Origin: Thalia democratica
Taxonomy: Eukaryota
Reading direction: 5' to 3'
DNA: 64,000 bases
Assembly (NCBI GenBank): GCA_965202585.1
Contig: OZ241827.1
Location: 61,194,001-61,258,000, forward strand
Numbering within the stretch: position 1 is the first letter of the stretch; each line of letters begins with the position of its first letter. Shown one piece after another: positions 13,904 through 27,160 of this stretch. A program made the position numbers and the translations under genes. Below the pieces are notes generated by a model that worked only from the letters and a program-made list of their open reading frames with translations, ran no database searches and was not told the DNA's origin.

Positions 13904-14306
13904 CAGAGTTGCCACTAAACCTTAAAACCTAGAAAAACCTAGAATTTAACAGTTAAAGGGCGAAAAAACTAGAAAAGCCTGGAGTTTAAAAATTTTTGGA
14001 CAAATACTTAAAAAAACCTGGAATTTTGAACAATTTTTATATGTAGAAAAATCTTGATTTGACACAAAAAATATACCATATAGATAAAAAAAATTTGTCA
14101 TTATCAAAAAAAATTATATCAAAAAACATATTTGAAGTAGTTCTACACTCTACAGTATCTTTTCAATGTTTTTATACATTTTAAGACAGTTTTTTATCCT
14201 AAACATAAATGGAAACTAATAATAGACCGAAAAACAAGTACTTTCAAAAACCTTGAAGAAATTTTAAAATCTGGAGAAAATTTGTCAAAAGTCAGTTACA
14301 ACCCTG
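13904..14306. mobile_element. CAGGGTTGCC-family MITE, homologous to 10837-11176
   Basis: cagagttgcc...caaccctg; shared internal aaaaacctggaattt, catttgaagtag, atagacc. Confidence 0.7.
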
Positions 14307-15145
14307 AAAACTGTATTTTTAAGCAAAATTGACTATAGTTTATAAATAACCTACTTTTTTTTTGAATACTTTGATACATTCTAAAGTTATTTTAGATTTT
14401 TTATATTGCAGTTTAGCTTAGATAAACTCATGTCAAATTAAGATAATTTTAGTTTTTTTCAATATAGTTAGTAACGATTTGTTTAGTGTTCTTACAAACG
14501 TCATCTTCCTAGTTGTCTTTTTTTTGCGGGACATATATAAATAAATTCAGTACCTTTATAGCGTGCTACCACTTTTCACCAGATTTAATGGTTAAATAAA
14601 AGTATGTTATTACTAATAAATAATACAACTAATCTTATTAATGCAGGCGATATATATTGCTTTATTTTAAGTGGTTTTAGTTTATAGCTTGCGAAAGGGG
14701 ATAATGTAAAAGTGATTAACTTTTACTTTTAATTCTGCTAATTGATAGTTAAAATAAAAATAAAAGCTTAAGATAGCATTTAAAAAATATATCATTGGAA
14801 AAATATGCGTGTGCTAGAACAAGGTCGAAGTTGCCTCACAATCGGAATAAATACGACATATAGGATAGTTAAGAATATCGTTAAATTTTTTTAAATCTCA
14901 GGAAGACTCCGAAAAACCAGGGACAACTTAAGACAGTTTTGTTTTTTTTATTATAAAAATCTCAGGGTAGTTCAAAGATTTTAAAAAAACTTTAGATTTA
15001 TTCTTTTCTAGATTAAGAATAACATTTAGTTTATTTAGTTTCAATATTTTTCGTATTGAAAAACTCTATTTTATTTAATTTAAAAATATAATTATTACTT
15101 GAAATTAAAAGATAATAATTGATGAGGATAGTTTAGGATCAATCA

Positions 15146-15166
15146 TGACAGTGATTGGTCAATCAG
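15146..15166. promoter_or_regulatory. Overlapping CCAAT-like boxes (gattggtcaatca) ~300 nt upstream of the Ariadne ATG
   Basis: Motif match and position only. Confidence 0.3.
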
Positions 15167-15451
15167 AACAGTTTTATACACTATAATAGTGGCAAAGCAT
15201 TAATTGTGACTAGTTTTCATAGTTATGACTATGACAATCAATTAATAAGAAGAAACAAAAACATAAATTGATAAACAACTAGAAAAGGATGATATTGAAA
15301 AACGTTGAATAATATTTTTTAATTAATAGAATGATATAATAATAAAAATTAATTCGGGAAACTCTGTTTTGAAAAGAACTATTGAGTACTTACTGAAAAA
15401 TAACTAATGAAATATATTTTATATACAGATTTAAAAACATAAAATTAAAAA

Positions 15452-17002
15452 ATGAAGTGGCTAAAAAAAAAATCCGCAAAAGACAATGTGAGCAATTCTT
15501 CGGATAGTGAATCATCAGCTGAAATAGGCGATTCTGACAACAGCTACAGCGACAGTGATAGTGAAAATGAAATGGTAGTCGCCCAAAAAGTTCTTCCGAA
15601 AGATTCAGGCCTCGAGGAGCTTTCACAACGTGTCATTCTAGAAAGCGCAAAATCTGAAGTTGAAAACTTCATGTCTAATGCAGATGGTGTCAGTGAACCG
15701 GAGGCCAGACGTTTGCTTCAAAACAACGGTTGGGATGTTGATAAAGCACTTGGAGCCTTGAATACAGAGAGAAAAAGAAGTAGAACACGTAGAAGTAAAA
15801 GAAATAAAACGGCTTCACTTAAAATCCAATCTATCCAAACTGATTGTTCCAATTTGGAATGTGATGTTTGTATGGATGATATCTGCCGAAATGATGTAGC
15901 AAAACTTGCATGCAGCCATGTGCTTTGTAAAGGGTGCTTGAAAGATTCTATCTTTGAAAATATTAACAACAGGATTGTTGATATTAAATGTCCAGGAGAG
16001 GATTGTAAGCAGCTGCTAAGTTTCGATGATATTTTGAACGCCTTAGCAGATAAAGAACTTCAGGAGAAATTCTTGCGTTTATTTGTTCAATCTTACGTGG
16101 ACAACAACAAAAACACTGCTTGGTGTCCCGGAACTGACTGCGAAATAGCATTCAGGTGTAAAGAGTTTCACAACAACTACAACGTAGAATGCTCCAAGGG
16201 ACACAAAAGCTGCTTCAATTGTCAATGGAATTGGCACGACCCATTGGATTGCGACATGCTTAAAAAGTGGATCAAAAAGTGCAATAACGACAGTGAAACT
16301 GCCAACTGGATCGGCGCCAACACCAAAGAGTGTCCGAACTGTTACACTCAGATTGAAAAGAACGGGGGATGTAACCACATGACTTGTTTCAAGTGTAAAT
16401 ACGAGATGTGCTGGTTGTGCATGAATAAATGGGCAGGTACTGAACATAACTGCAAGCAAGTTGAAGAACATGTTAGTGTTTCTGAAAGCAGAAGAGCGCT
16501 TAATCGCTACTTGGGATATCATAGTTTTTATGCCGGACACCAAAAAAGTCTCGAAATTGAAAGTAAAATTACAATTGAAAGTGTCTACGAAAGATATAAA
16601 AAACCACAACAAGTTGAAAAGGATGATAAAAAAGAAGATACCGACGCAACTGATAAGGGCAATGAAGGACCCGCAAACTTTAACCAAAGATGTTTCATTA
16701 AGAAAGCGTGCGATGTTTTGAAGGAATGCCGCAACACCCTCATGTGCTCGTACGTGCTCACATACTACCTTTGCGACGGCACCACAACCAAAACAGTCTT
16801 AGAATTTAACCAGGGCGAATTGCAATTCAATGTCGAAAGATTGAGCGCATTTTTGGAAAGGGAGGTTCACAAGCTGAATGACCCCCACACTATGCAGGAG
16901 TTGCATGCTACCGTAATATATTGCGAGAACCTTTCGAAGAAGCTAGTTGATTACGTCAAGGAGCATAAAACTGAGAACACCTTGAAATTTATAAATGTTT
17001 AA
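15452..17002 (+). CDS. ARIH1: Ariadne-family RBR E3 ubiquitin ligase (ARIH1/ari-1-like), intronless CDS, 516 aa
   Basis: Acidic N-terminus, UBA-like LL...GWD, RING1 (CDVC..CSH.LC..C..CP), IBR (WCP..C..C..GH..CF.C..WHDP..C), RING2 TKECPNC..IEKNGGCNHMTC with catalytic Cys, Ariadne domain (RYL..SL..E; FIKKACDVL..CR.TL..SY; NQ.EL...ERLS.FLE). The ETANWIGANTKECP segment is ARIH1-type rather than ARIH2-type. Confidence 0.9.
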   Translation: MKWLKKKSAKDNVSNSSDSESSAEIGDSDNSYSDSDSENEMVVAQKVLPKDSGLEELSQRVILESAKSEVENFMSNADGVSEPEARRLLQNNGWDVDKALGALNTERKRSRTRRSKRNKTASLKIQSIQTDCSNLECDVCMDDICRNDVAKLACSHVLCKGCLKDSIFENINNRIVDIKCPGEDCKQLLSFDDILNALADKELQEKFLRLFVQSYVDNNKNTAWCPGTDCEIAFRCKEFHNNYNVECSKGHKSCFNCQWNWHDPLDCDMLKKWIKKCNNDSETANWIGANTKECPNCYTQIEKNGGCNHMTCFKCKYEMCWLCMNKWAGTEHNCKQVEEHVSVSESRRALNRYLGYHSFYAGHQKSLEIESKITIESVYERYKKPQQVEKDDKKEDTDATDKGNEGPANFNQRCFIKKACDVLKECRNTLMCSYVLTYYLCDGTTTKTVLEFNQGELQFNVERLSAFLEREVHKLNDPHTMQELHATVIYCENLSKKLVDYVKEHKTENTLKFINV

Positions 17003-17804
17003 ATTTTTTAGCTTGACCGGGGAGTAGCTGATGCAAACTTGCAATCTTTAAAGTGTACTTTAAATAAGTTTCATAATTTTTAGTTTGAGATTAATGTATA
17101 TTGCTGTTTGATTAAGATAACTAACTTCCTTTTAGTAAAAAGACATTTAGAAGTACTACTTAAAGTAAATTAGAGCAGCAGTGTACTTATGTTTAAGCTA
17201 CGTACCCATCTTCAGCATTTTCTACTATTTCGACTTAGTTTGGCGTTAAAACCAGTGTTTTATTACTGTTTGTAAATATCTTCTGAAATACTTGAATGTT
17301 TCTATTATTTCCTAACATGCTTTTAATGTTAAGTTTTACTCTGCTCAAGTTTTCAGATTTTTCACATCACGTTATTATATTGCTTACAGACAGTTATTTT
17401 GTTGAAGAAATTCAAGAAAAATAAATTTTTTACTGACATCCAATAATTCTTAGCTACTATATTTATTGCTAATAAATTAAATGTTCTATTTGTTTTTCTT
17501 CTTTTGACATAATACTTAAAAAAAACATGTTATGTTAACATTTTAATTGCATAAATTTAAAAATAGTAAATGCTTATAAGTTTTAGAACAAATTACTGTA
17601 TCAACTAACTGAGTTCTTTTAACTTTGTCTAATGAATTTAAAGAGAAGTTTTTAAAAACATTTATAAGATGTAAATTTAGATTACCTACAATTAATGAAT
17701 CATAAAAAAATTAGTATTTAGATTTTTACAACTGTAACTAAGTTCCTGAAAACCGATCTTTTTATCAGTTAAAGCGTTTGAGATTAGTTTTGACCAAGTC
17801 TTCA

Positions 17805-18125
17805 CTTGAAAAATATAAAGATTTGTAAAACTAGTGTAATATGTAAACAACATAGTAATAGTACAATTCACTTTTTTTGTGGATTTTTGAGAACAAAAAA
17901 TTCCTTCGACAAACCCGATATTTTCTAAATAAAGCAACAAATTATTGTTATCATCGTTATCATCGAGATTAGTTATGACCAAATTTTAACTTGAAAAATA
18001 TAACGATTTGTAAAACTATTGTTTTATGTAAACAACATTGTTATAGTGCAATTCACTTTTTTGTTGATTTTTGACAATTAAAAACTCCTGAAACCCGATA
18101 TTTTCTAAATAAAGCAACAAATTTT
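17805..18125. repeat. ~185-bp-period direct duplication
   Basis: acttgaaaaatata..gatttgtaaaacta...aaacccgatattttctaaataaagcaacaaatt occurs twice. Confidence 0.8.
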
Positions 18126-18134
18126 ATCATCGTT

Positions 18135-20800
18135 TATTGAACGACAAAAAATGCGCTCAAGTATTTGTCCAAAGAACTAGTGTACTAAGGAACCTTTCGG
18201 TTACCAATTCGTTCAGCATGGTCTCTATTTATTTGAATAACGTACTCTAATAACACAACTTGGGTGCAGTTAAACGTCATTGTCCAAACAACTAGCACGG
18301 ACAATATTTAAAACTACTACTCTAAGGGTTTTTTTTACGAAGTTAATTTATTTCTGATTCTGTTAAGAAAAATTAAAAACTGTAGACGAGCGCTGTCTGA
18401 TATTCGTATACGAAGTAATAAAAATAAAGTTGCGGATAAGCGAAACAATATAAAGTGATGTTTAAATGATATTTCCCAAGTTTACAGGAACTATTTTTTG
18501 TGTGAAGTTCACATAACGAAATATTTAAATTAAAGATACATACTACATACAGTATTTTTTAAAGTTTTTAAAATTTGCTAATGTTTAAATATCAAGAAAT
18601 AAACTTGTGTTGTATCTGATAAAAAATATAGTTTTAGTTTCACCTTTAGAGAACTTACTTTATTTATATTCGTAAAATAAACAAAACAGTTAGTTTTCTT
18701 TAACACCATTTCTGAAGTTTTAGGTGATTTATGACTTACGTAATTAATTAAAGTGTAGTAACTCTTTTCTAATACATTAAAAGAAGAAAAATCCTGCTTG
18801 TCTTTTTTAAGTAGTTAAATTCAAAAAAAATATCACATTTACATTTCTGTTTACATTTACTTGTTTAACTATTTATTACTATTAAATTTTGAGATAAAAC
18901 AACTTTTTAAGATGTGAATTTATCTTACCACTATGCTAAAAGTACACGGCCTCAGGGGATTTTTAAAACATTTAAGTTTTAAGAAGTTAAACATTTGCTA
19001 TTTGACCTTGACTCAAAATGAGAAAAAAAAGAATAATAAATATTGAATTATAGTTTATTGAATGAAAAAAAAACTTAAACTGCTTGGTCCTAAGACCTGG
19101 TGCACAAAAAATCTTTCGGTTATCGAGTCGCTTACCACAGATACATTTTAAAGTCTTGTCCAGGAATCAAAATATTAACATGTTGCTTAAAGAAAGAAAG
19201 AGTGTGAAAGCACATAACTATGGTCAATGGACTAGTAGAGAAATACTTTTTGATTACTGATCTGCACACAATTTACGTGTAAACACTGTTTTGAGCTAGT
19301 ATAATATTATAAAAACTTAAAGTATAAATATATACTAATTTTTCTTAAATAAGTTAATCAAATAATAAGTTTAATTTAAAAGTATCTAAAAACCATTTTA
19401 AATCTATAATTGCCAGTTTTGACTACGAAAACCGTAGTCTACCATAGACACTACACCGTATTCTCTAGCTTTTGATTTTTATGATTTTCATTTCACATTT
19501 ACTTGTTACTCTTTTTTACAAGAGTTACCACAAAAAATGCCACAAACAGCTCAAATTAGAAAAGAAGGGAGAAGTGGTAATGTCACTATAAACAACTTGT
19601 TAATATTAACACAAAAATAAAAAAACACAACTTAATTTTAAAAAGTGTCTGTTAATAAAGTATATTTGCTTGTTAGTCAACTGATCATACCAGCAAACCG
19701 TAGCTTTAAAGTAAAACATGATTTACTGTTTGTAGATTGGCAACAACAGCTTTTTTGGTTGCAACCAGGGGCGTCGCGTTGGGTGGAACGCTGGAGCTGT
19801 AGCTCCACCTAAAAAATAAAACATGCTAATAATTCTTTTTTTGATTTAAGATTTTAAGCCCTGAAACACCCTGCTTTAGATATGCCCCTACTTCAGCTGT
19901 ACTCCCCGAAACTACGTCAAAATAACTTTATTTTAAAGCTGAGGAATTGATCTTTAAAACGATATTTTTTTTATATTAGCTTAAAAAACAAGAAAGTTAT
20001 GTTATCATAAAGTTGTACAAAAAAACAGCCAAATATGTACATGAGGGTGCACGACAATTCAAATCTTGACAATTCAAATCTTGACAATTCGAAATTCGAC
20101 AATTCAAATTTCGACAATTTAAATTCCGATACTTCAAATTCCGACAATTCAAATTACGACAACTCAAATTTGGACAATTCAATCCGACAACTCAAAATTG
20201 GACAATTCAAGTTCCAACAATTCAAATTCCGACAACTCAAATTCGGACAACTCGAATTCCGACAATTCAAACCCGGACAATTCAAATTCCGACAACTTAA
20301 ATTCGGAAAATTCAAACTACGACAACTCAAATTTGGACAATTCAAACTACAACAACTCAAATTCATTTAATTTAAACTACGACGATTGAACTATTTAAAT
20401 ATGACGACTAAAATGTACACATATGTTACAAAAAAATATGTAATGAGAATTATACATCTTATCAAAGGTTGCTTTTTAGATTTGACATTTTGAATTTTTT
20501 ATAGAATTGTTTTTTTACTCATTAAAAAATATTTAAGTTTTTCTAAAAAATAAATAAACAAATTATTAGATATATAATTATGTAATAGAAATAAACGACA
20601 ATATAGATAATATTTAAAATTTTTTGAATAATTTTAGACACAAAAGTTAAGTAATCTTTAAAAATATGTATAGTTTTTTTTGTAAGTAAATAAATTATCA
20701 TTATTAATATTGTTTATTGAACGATAAAAAAAGCGCTCAAAATGTTTGGTCTAAAGACCTGGGGTACAAAGGAACTTTTTGGTTATCGAGTCGTACACTA
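18135..20800 (+). repeat. Dispersed repeat family, copies at ~18135-18215, ~19085-19165, ~20715-20800 (also ~5752-5830)
   Basis: Shared gcgctcaa..tttg.cc.aaga.ct.g.g.ac....aa.ctttcggtta.c.agtcg core. Confidence 0.65.
20035..20415 (+). repeat. 15-bp minisatellite (gacaattcaaattcc consensus) carried in a short element
   Basis: About 24 units; produces spurious DNSNS / NLNCR pentapeptide ORFs. Confidence 0.9.
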
Positions 20801-22384
20801 CATACTTATAAAGTTTCTTATGAGCTATTACACATAATTTTTTATTATTTAAATATCTAAATTTTTAGTAATAAAACAATCAATTAAACGAAATGAAAGA
20901 AAAGCAAACTAAAAGAATATTAACTGAGTTTTTTTTTTTTTAATGTACTTAAAGACTTGTTTAGCTAGTTACATAAAAACTAAAAAACTTATATAACTTT
21001 AAACTAATTTATAAAAGGATACCAACAATACTAATAGCAAACATGTGCTTATTTCAATGATAGATTACACCCTCTATAAAAAAAGTAAAAATGTAAAACT
21101 CTGAAATACTTAACGTTTAATTTTATCAGTACTTTGTGCTAAAAATGTAATTTTTATTTAATTTAATAATTTTACTGAACAGTAAAAAAAAAACTTTACA
21201 TTTCAATAGATCAATAAACTATTGTATAGTTTTATAATAATTTTAAAGAAGTAAATTCTACCGTAACTAAACTTAACTTTTATAAATAAAACTATATTAA
21301 AAACTACTGTAAAATTTTAGCTTTTGATAAGCAAAAATAACAAATAAATAAAAACAATAATAATATTAACAACATTAGCATAAACCGATTAAAAAAAACA
21401 ATATTAAGTTTTTATGTAATAACATAAAGTCAATGTACTATTTGTAAAGCGTAGTTCTATAAACTAATTTATTTAGATAAGTTATCATCAAAACAGAAAT
21501 AGGTTATCACTGTTTTATAATAAGCTAATTTTTTTAAATTATATTGAACATCTGAAAAACATTACTTAACAAGAGACTGCTTAACAAAACTTCTTTTCAA
21601 ATACATATATAATATAAATAAGAAACAAACTTTATTTTTTATACCTACTTTATTAGTAAAGTAGATTAATCTAAAAAGTAGCGTAAAACTACTTAAGGAT
21701 ATCATTTTAATAGCGCGTTATAGGCAGTAACCGCCAGGACCGAGTATATATAACCAAGCATATCTCTTAGATTGGTTTAATATAAGTAAATATATTACCT
21801 CTGTATTTAAACTAAACAAAATATTACGACGAAAAGGGTGTTTTTATTACTATACATAAATTAAAATTTAATTTTCAAAATATGCTTCTATCAAGTCAAA
21901 TTCTTACAGTTTTTTTGTGTAAAACTATGATACAACGTATAATAAAGAAATTTTAATATTGACTTTAGTGGGCCGGTCGTTTTCACTATGAGGGCCGGAT
22001 CCGGTCCGCGGGCCACCGTTGCTAAACCCTACTATGTAACAAAAGATGATTAAAGGCCAATGTAACATCTTGAAGACTAAAATACAAAACTTAACAAATT
22101 TAAAAACACATCGCTTAAAAACGACAAGTATGGAGATATACAATAAAAAATTAAGATAAAAGTAAATTCTTATTGTTTAACTTTTTATAAAATATAATTT
22201 TACTTTGATTATCTTTTGTATTTATTTTAGAATTAAAATTTATTATTTAAAATAAAAATAAATTAAACAATCAATGCTGTCAAAGCTTAAATAGCAAAAA
22301 ATGAAACGAGTTTACTTGCTAGAAAAATAAATAATTCTTGAAACTTTATTTTATGCTGTTGTTTTATTTATCGAAGTTTTAGTT

Positions 22385-22835
22385 GACGGCATTTGAATTG
22401 TCAAAATTAAAATTGTCAGGTTTGAAATGTCGGAGTTTAAGTTGCTGGAATTTAAATTGTTCGAATTTTAAGTGTTCGAATTTAAATTATCGAAATATAA
22501 ATTGCAACAACTTGAGTTTAAAAATTTGAAATGTTAGAGTTTGGATGGTAAGAATTCGAATTGTCGGAACTTTAGTTGTCAGAATTTAAATTTTTGTAGT
22601 TTGAATTGTCCGAATTTGAGTTGTCGGAATTTGAAATTTCTGAATTTAAATTGTCCGAATTTGAATTGTCTGAATTTAAATTGTCGTAGTTTGAATTGTC
22701 GGAATTTGAGTTGTTGGAGTTTGAATTCTCGGAATTTGAGTTGTCGGAATTTGAACTGTCGTTTTTGAATTGTCCGAATTTGAATTGTTGGAATTTGAAT
22801 TGTCAGAATTTGAAGAGTCATGTAACCCTACATGA
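22385..22835 (-). repeat. Inverted second copy of the 15-bp minisatellite element
   Basis: ggaatttgaattgtc units; shared head catg(t)agggt..ac in reverse orientation at ~22815-22835. Confidence 0.85.
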
Positions 22836-23057
22836 ACGTCGTTAGCTTCCCTGCTAAACTAATTTTTTTTTTTAATTTTTATGTTTGATGTTTAAAAAGT
22901 TAGTAAAATTGGAGCTGCAAGCTCAATCTGTGTCACCTGAATCTTATATGTTTACAAGTTTTCAGTACAAAATATGTTAAAAAGTTGAATTTTAGAAATG
23001 CATGAACTTCCAGCACCTTTTGAATTAAATCATGATTGCTGTTAAAGATTTAAAGTT

Positions 23058-23650
23058 GAACTCGAACAGAAGAAAATTGAGGAGGGAATACTCAAGCAGA
23101 GTCAACTCGAGCAGGGAAAACTCAAGCAGGGAAAACTTGAGCAGTGAAAACTCGAGCAGGGAAAATTCGAGCAGGAAAAACTAGAACAAGAAAAACTCGA
23201 ACAGAAGCAGCTCGAGCAGGGAAAATCCAAGCAGAAGCAGTTCAAGAGGGGAAAATTCGAGCAAGGGCAACTCAAGCAGGAACAACTTGAACAGGAAAAA
23301 CTCAGGCACGAGCAATTCGAGCAGGAAAAATTCTAGAAGGGGCAGCTTGAGCAGGAGCAACTCGAGCAGGGGCAACTCAAGCAGGAAAAACTCGAGCAGG
23401 AGCAACTCGAGCAGGGAAAACTTAAGCAGGGGCAATTCAAGCAGGGAAAACTCGAACAAGAGCAATTCGAGCAGTAAAAACTCGAACAGGCAAAACTTGA
23501 GTAGGAAAAACTCGAGCAGGGAAAACTCAAGCAGGGGTAACTCAAGCAGTGAAAACTTAAGCAGGAAAAACTCGAACAGGAACAACTTGAACAAGAAAAA
23601 CTCGAGCGGAAGCAACTCGAGCAGGAAAAACTTGAGCAGGGGCAACTTCG
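23058..23650 (+). repeat. 15-bp minisatellite (aactcgagcaggga(a/g)), ~39 units
   Basis: Regular 15-nt period; the ORF-track NSSRE / LELLL ORFs are by-products. Confidence 0.9.
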
Positions 23651-24596
23651 TTTTTTAAGTTACCTGAATGATTCTTTTTGTTTTTTAATAATAGTTAGAC
23701 AAGTCATAGAATTAAGTTTGTAAATTTATAATTGTACAAATACAGAAACTTACATGTACATAAAAGTAAAAGTAGCTCTTGTTGTTAAGAAAGGGTGATG
23801 ATATACATAGGTATAAGATATGTGTATAAGATGTTTTTTTTTTATTATTTCTTAATATTTTCTTTTTTATTTTATTGAACAAGTATGTTCAACTTTTTTT
23901 CTGAAAAATTTGCCATTTTTTTATAATATCATTATGTTTTAAATATAAGTGTTTCAAATTTTTAAGTCAACAAGGGTCGATTGAGATTTCCACTACTAGC
24001 TTTTAAGCCAATCAGAGCCAACTTCCTTTTAAGCCAATCAAAAGCTTACAACTTGGCAACTTGTCAAAGACTGATTCTATAGCAATAGCTGATGCTAACA
24101 TGTAAGCAGATGTAAACTAATATAAACATGTAAAACATGTAAGCAAATGAAAAATAATATAAACATGTAAAACATGTAAGCAAAAGTAAACTAATATTAA
24201 CAAGTAGAATAAAAACATAAAATAAAATATGAACATAAAGTTGAAAAAATAGTACAAAATGTATTATAAATTATAAAATATGATTTTAATGTGTTTACCA
24301 CTGGTTTTGACCTTGCAATGTTAAACTTGAGAGTTTTTATGTCATCATTAAATGGCCTATGCCATAAGGCAAGGCTGTTCACAAGTTGTAGATTTGATTT
24401 TTAATATAAGTTAAATATAACTTCTTTTTAGTAATAGAAATAAATGAAGATTTTTTAACTTGTTTTTAATTTTATAAATATTTTATCAAAACTTATTAAA
24501 CTTCATCTTAACAATAAAACTAATCAATTGTATGATTTTAATAAAAAAGTTTATAGCAGCAATTCAATGAGGTAACTTTTTTAATTAATTGATTAA

Positions 24597-25272
24597 GGGC
24601 ATAGAGGGGTCCACCTTGATTTTTACAAGTTTATCTTATTTTATAGAGTTTTGTCCGAGCTATCAGACATTTTTAACCGTTTGAAAAAATACAATTTATT
24701 TTTTGAGATATGAGCAGTCAAAGTCGGTGACCTCAAAAGGTTTCTAATGGAAGGCGCAAACTAAAAACGAAAAAAAGACCATTTCACTAAAAATCTATCT
24801 CCTCCTTCATTTTTTAAGCAATCTTCTTCAAATTTTCACAGAAAGTGTATAATTAAATTTTAAAAAGATTGAATGCAGAATATTTTTCATTTAAAAAAAT
24901 AAAATTTTATTAAAAAAAAACCACCTATTTTTTTGTTTTTTTTTCTGAAAATTTTTATTTTTTATATTTTTAAAATTTCAATATTCAAAGTCTTTTATAT
25001 ACTACAAAAGGAACTTTTCCTGAAAGTTTGAGGTCTCTTTCTCAAAAAGTGAAGAAGAAGAAAGGTTTTTAGTGATTTTTTAAATTTCAGAGAAAATTGA
25101 CCCGAAAAACTTGTGGTCCATACGGAAACTATTTATAAAAATTACAATATCTAAAAAGTTAAATATTATTTTTCAATTCTATAAAAACTGGCTTGTAGTT
25201 TGTACTTAAAGCTTTCATATAAGATCCAATGTTATTTTTAGTAAAAAAAAATGTTGTACCACCCCTATGTCC
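24597..25272. mobile_element. TTAA-target MITE with GG..CC ends (Kolobok-like termini)
   Basis: ttaa|GGGCATAGAGGGGT...ACCCCTATGTCC|ttaa. Confidence 0.75.
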
Positions 25273-26998
25273 TTAACATATGATGTTACCACCTTTTTTA
25301 TAGATTTTTTGAGCTAATTTTTTTTTTCAATGCCCTGAAGAATAACATATGATCATTATATAGTTTTTAAATCACCATTTATTGTTGATAAAAAATTAGT
25401 CTGATGTTATTCTTCAAAAAAAATTTAGTTAATGTAAATTTGACACCTTTTGATAAAAAATTTTATTCAGACTTTATAAAAATAAAATATTTTTAACATG
25501 GACCCACCAGAAGACGAGGTCAAATTTCAGAAATCTTAACTGGCCAAGTTTAATATTTTTACTCATGATGAAAATCTTTGTATATAGACTTTTACTACGG
25601 TTGGCAAGAACTGAAATGCCTGTTTGTGGAAAGAATGGACTAGAATACCTAAAGACTATCTGTTAACTATAATTTTATGGTGTTTTATTTTTAGTGGTCC
25701 TAATTTTTATATGTTTTTATAATGAGTCTATACATGGTATATTTCAGTAAAATGATTTTGGTTTACTACATACAATAAGTTTTATATTTATTTTTAAGTA
25801 TGTTTTTAGAATAGCTGATTTTTTTTCAGTATTAACAAACCTGCTTTTTACTAAGGATAAGTGAATACATGGTAAATTTTTTATGTTTTATAAAATCCTA
25901 ATAATTATAACTTTATATTATGTCTAAATTCTATTTTTACTGTTTTTGATTTGAATTATTCTGTTTTTTATAAAAACCGAATCATATTATTTTTAATGAT
26001 TTTGTACAAAATCATAAGCAAATAAATGAATTTATACATTCACTTTAATATTAATTATGGAAAAAAAGACATTTATTAGTATTTATTTCTGTTACAAGTT
26101 ATTTTATCATTACAAATTAATATCATTATAATGTACTTAAAATCTTCTAGCTTTTTACATATTAGTTTTGTACACAGTTTTGAATCAGTGCGTCATAATT
26201 TATTTTTTGCTATTTTTTTACTTAGTTGCATGAATGTATTTTAGTTCTATTATTTTAAAAAAAGTTGTAAATCTTAAAACGTTTCAAAATTATGTACTGT
26301 GCAATAAAATTTGTAGAATTTTCAAAAATTTCTTTTGGTCTTTTCTATAAAATTTAAGTAAAATTTATTAAAATGAGAATCATTATATTTAAGTTGCTTT
26401 GATTGTTAATTGAAAGTTTTTTATAAGTTAAAAAAAAACAGTAAAAAATTAAAATAAAAAATTTATAGTTGTATGCACCTCTTTTCAGAGTGCAAAACAT
26501 AAAGTGATTTTAAAAATATTCTTGTTGCTGTAGCAACAAGAATATTTTAATATCAATTTTTGTTTGATTTTATAAGATTAAATTTGTTATGTTTCACTTC
26601 AAGTAGTTTTTAGTTAAAGGTTGTATCAGGTTAGGCATAATCGAAAGAGTATTTTAGTTGTTAGAATTACATATAAAACATCGTAAGTATTATATTGATC
26701 TCCTAGAACACTACTCCTGCACGTAATTTAATACTGCTGTAGCATAAAATCTTCATTATAAGCTTTAAGAATAATAATAAAATAACATATAAGGTTTTCT
26801 AACAACAAAAAAAAAGTTATTCAACTTAAGAATACTAATAAATCTAATATTTCCCATGTTTAGTTTTACAATCTTCTATAACAATATATTAAATTGTTAG
26901 TAGTTGCTTAGATAGCTACAGGGCATTCATATTAAGATAAAATATCTCTCTAGTGCTGACATTTAGGTTAGCGTTTGCTAAGTTCTTAAAACGTTGTA

Positions 26999-27160
26999 CA
27001 GTGCTTATTCACTTATCCGGACACGTTTGGCAATATTTTTCTGTAAACGTGTCCGGATAACCAAAATTCCGAATAAGTACAATTATTCAATTTTTTTTAT
27101 AATATTATAACTGCTGCATATAATGCTATAAGTGGAGTCCGGATAAGTGAATAAGCACTG
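26999..27160. mobile_element. Tc1/pogo-type MITE, 162 bp
   Basis: 24-bp perfect TIR CAGTGCTTATTCACTTATCCGGAC, TA on both sides, internal inverted gtccggata repeats. Confidence 0.9.

Noticed and set aside
15390-16721. Antisense and alternative-frame ORFs overlapping the Ariadne gene (including 202 aa at 16079-16687)
   Set aside because: Shadows of a real CDS with no recognisable motifs
19997-23658. Pentapeptide-repeat ORFs (DNSNS, NLNCR, NSSRE, KLEQE, LELLL)
   Set aside because: Arise from 15-bp minisatellites read in several frames and on both strands; interrupted by stops; no unique domains
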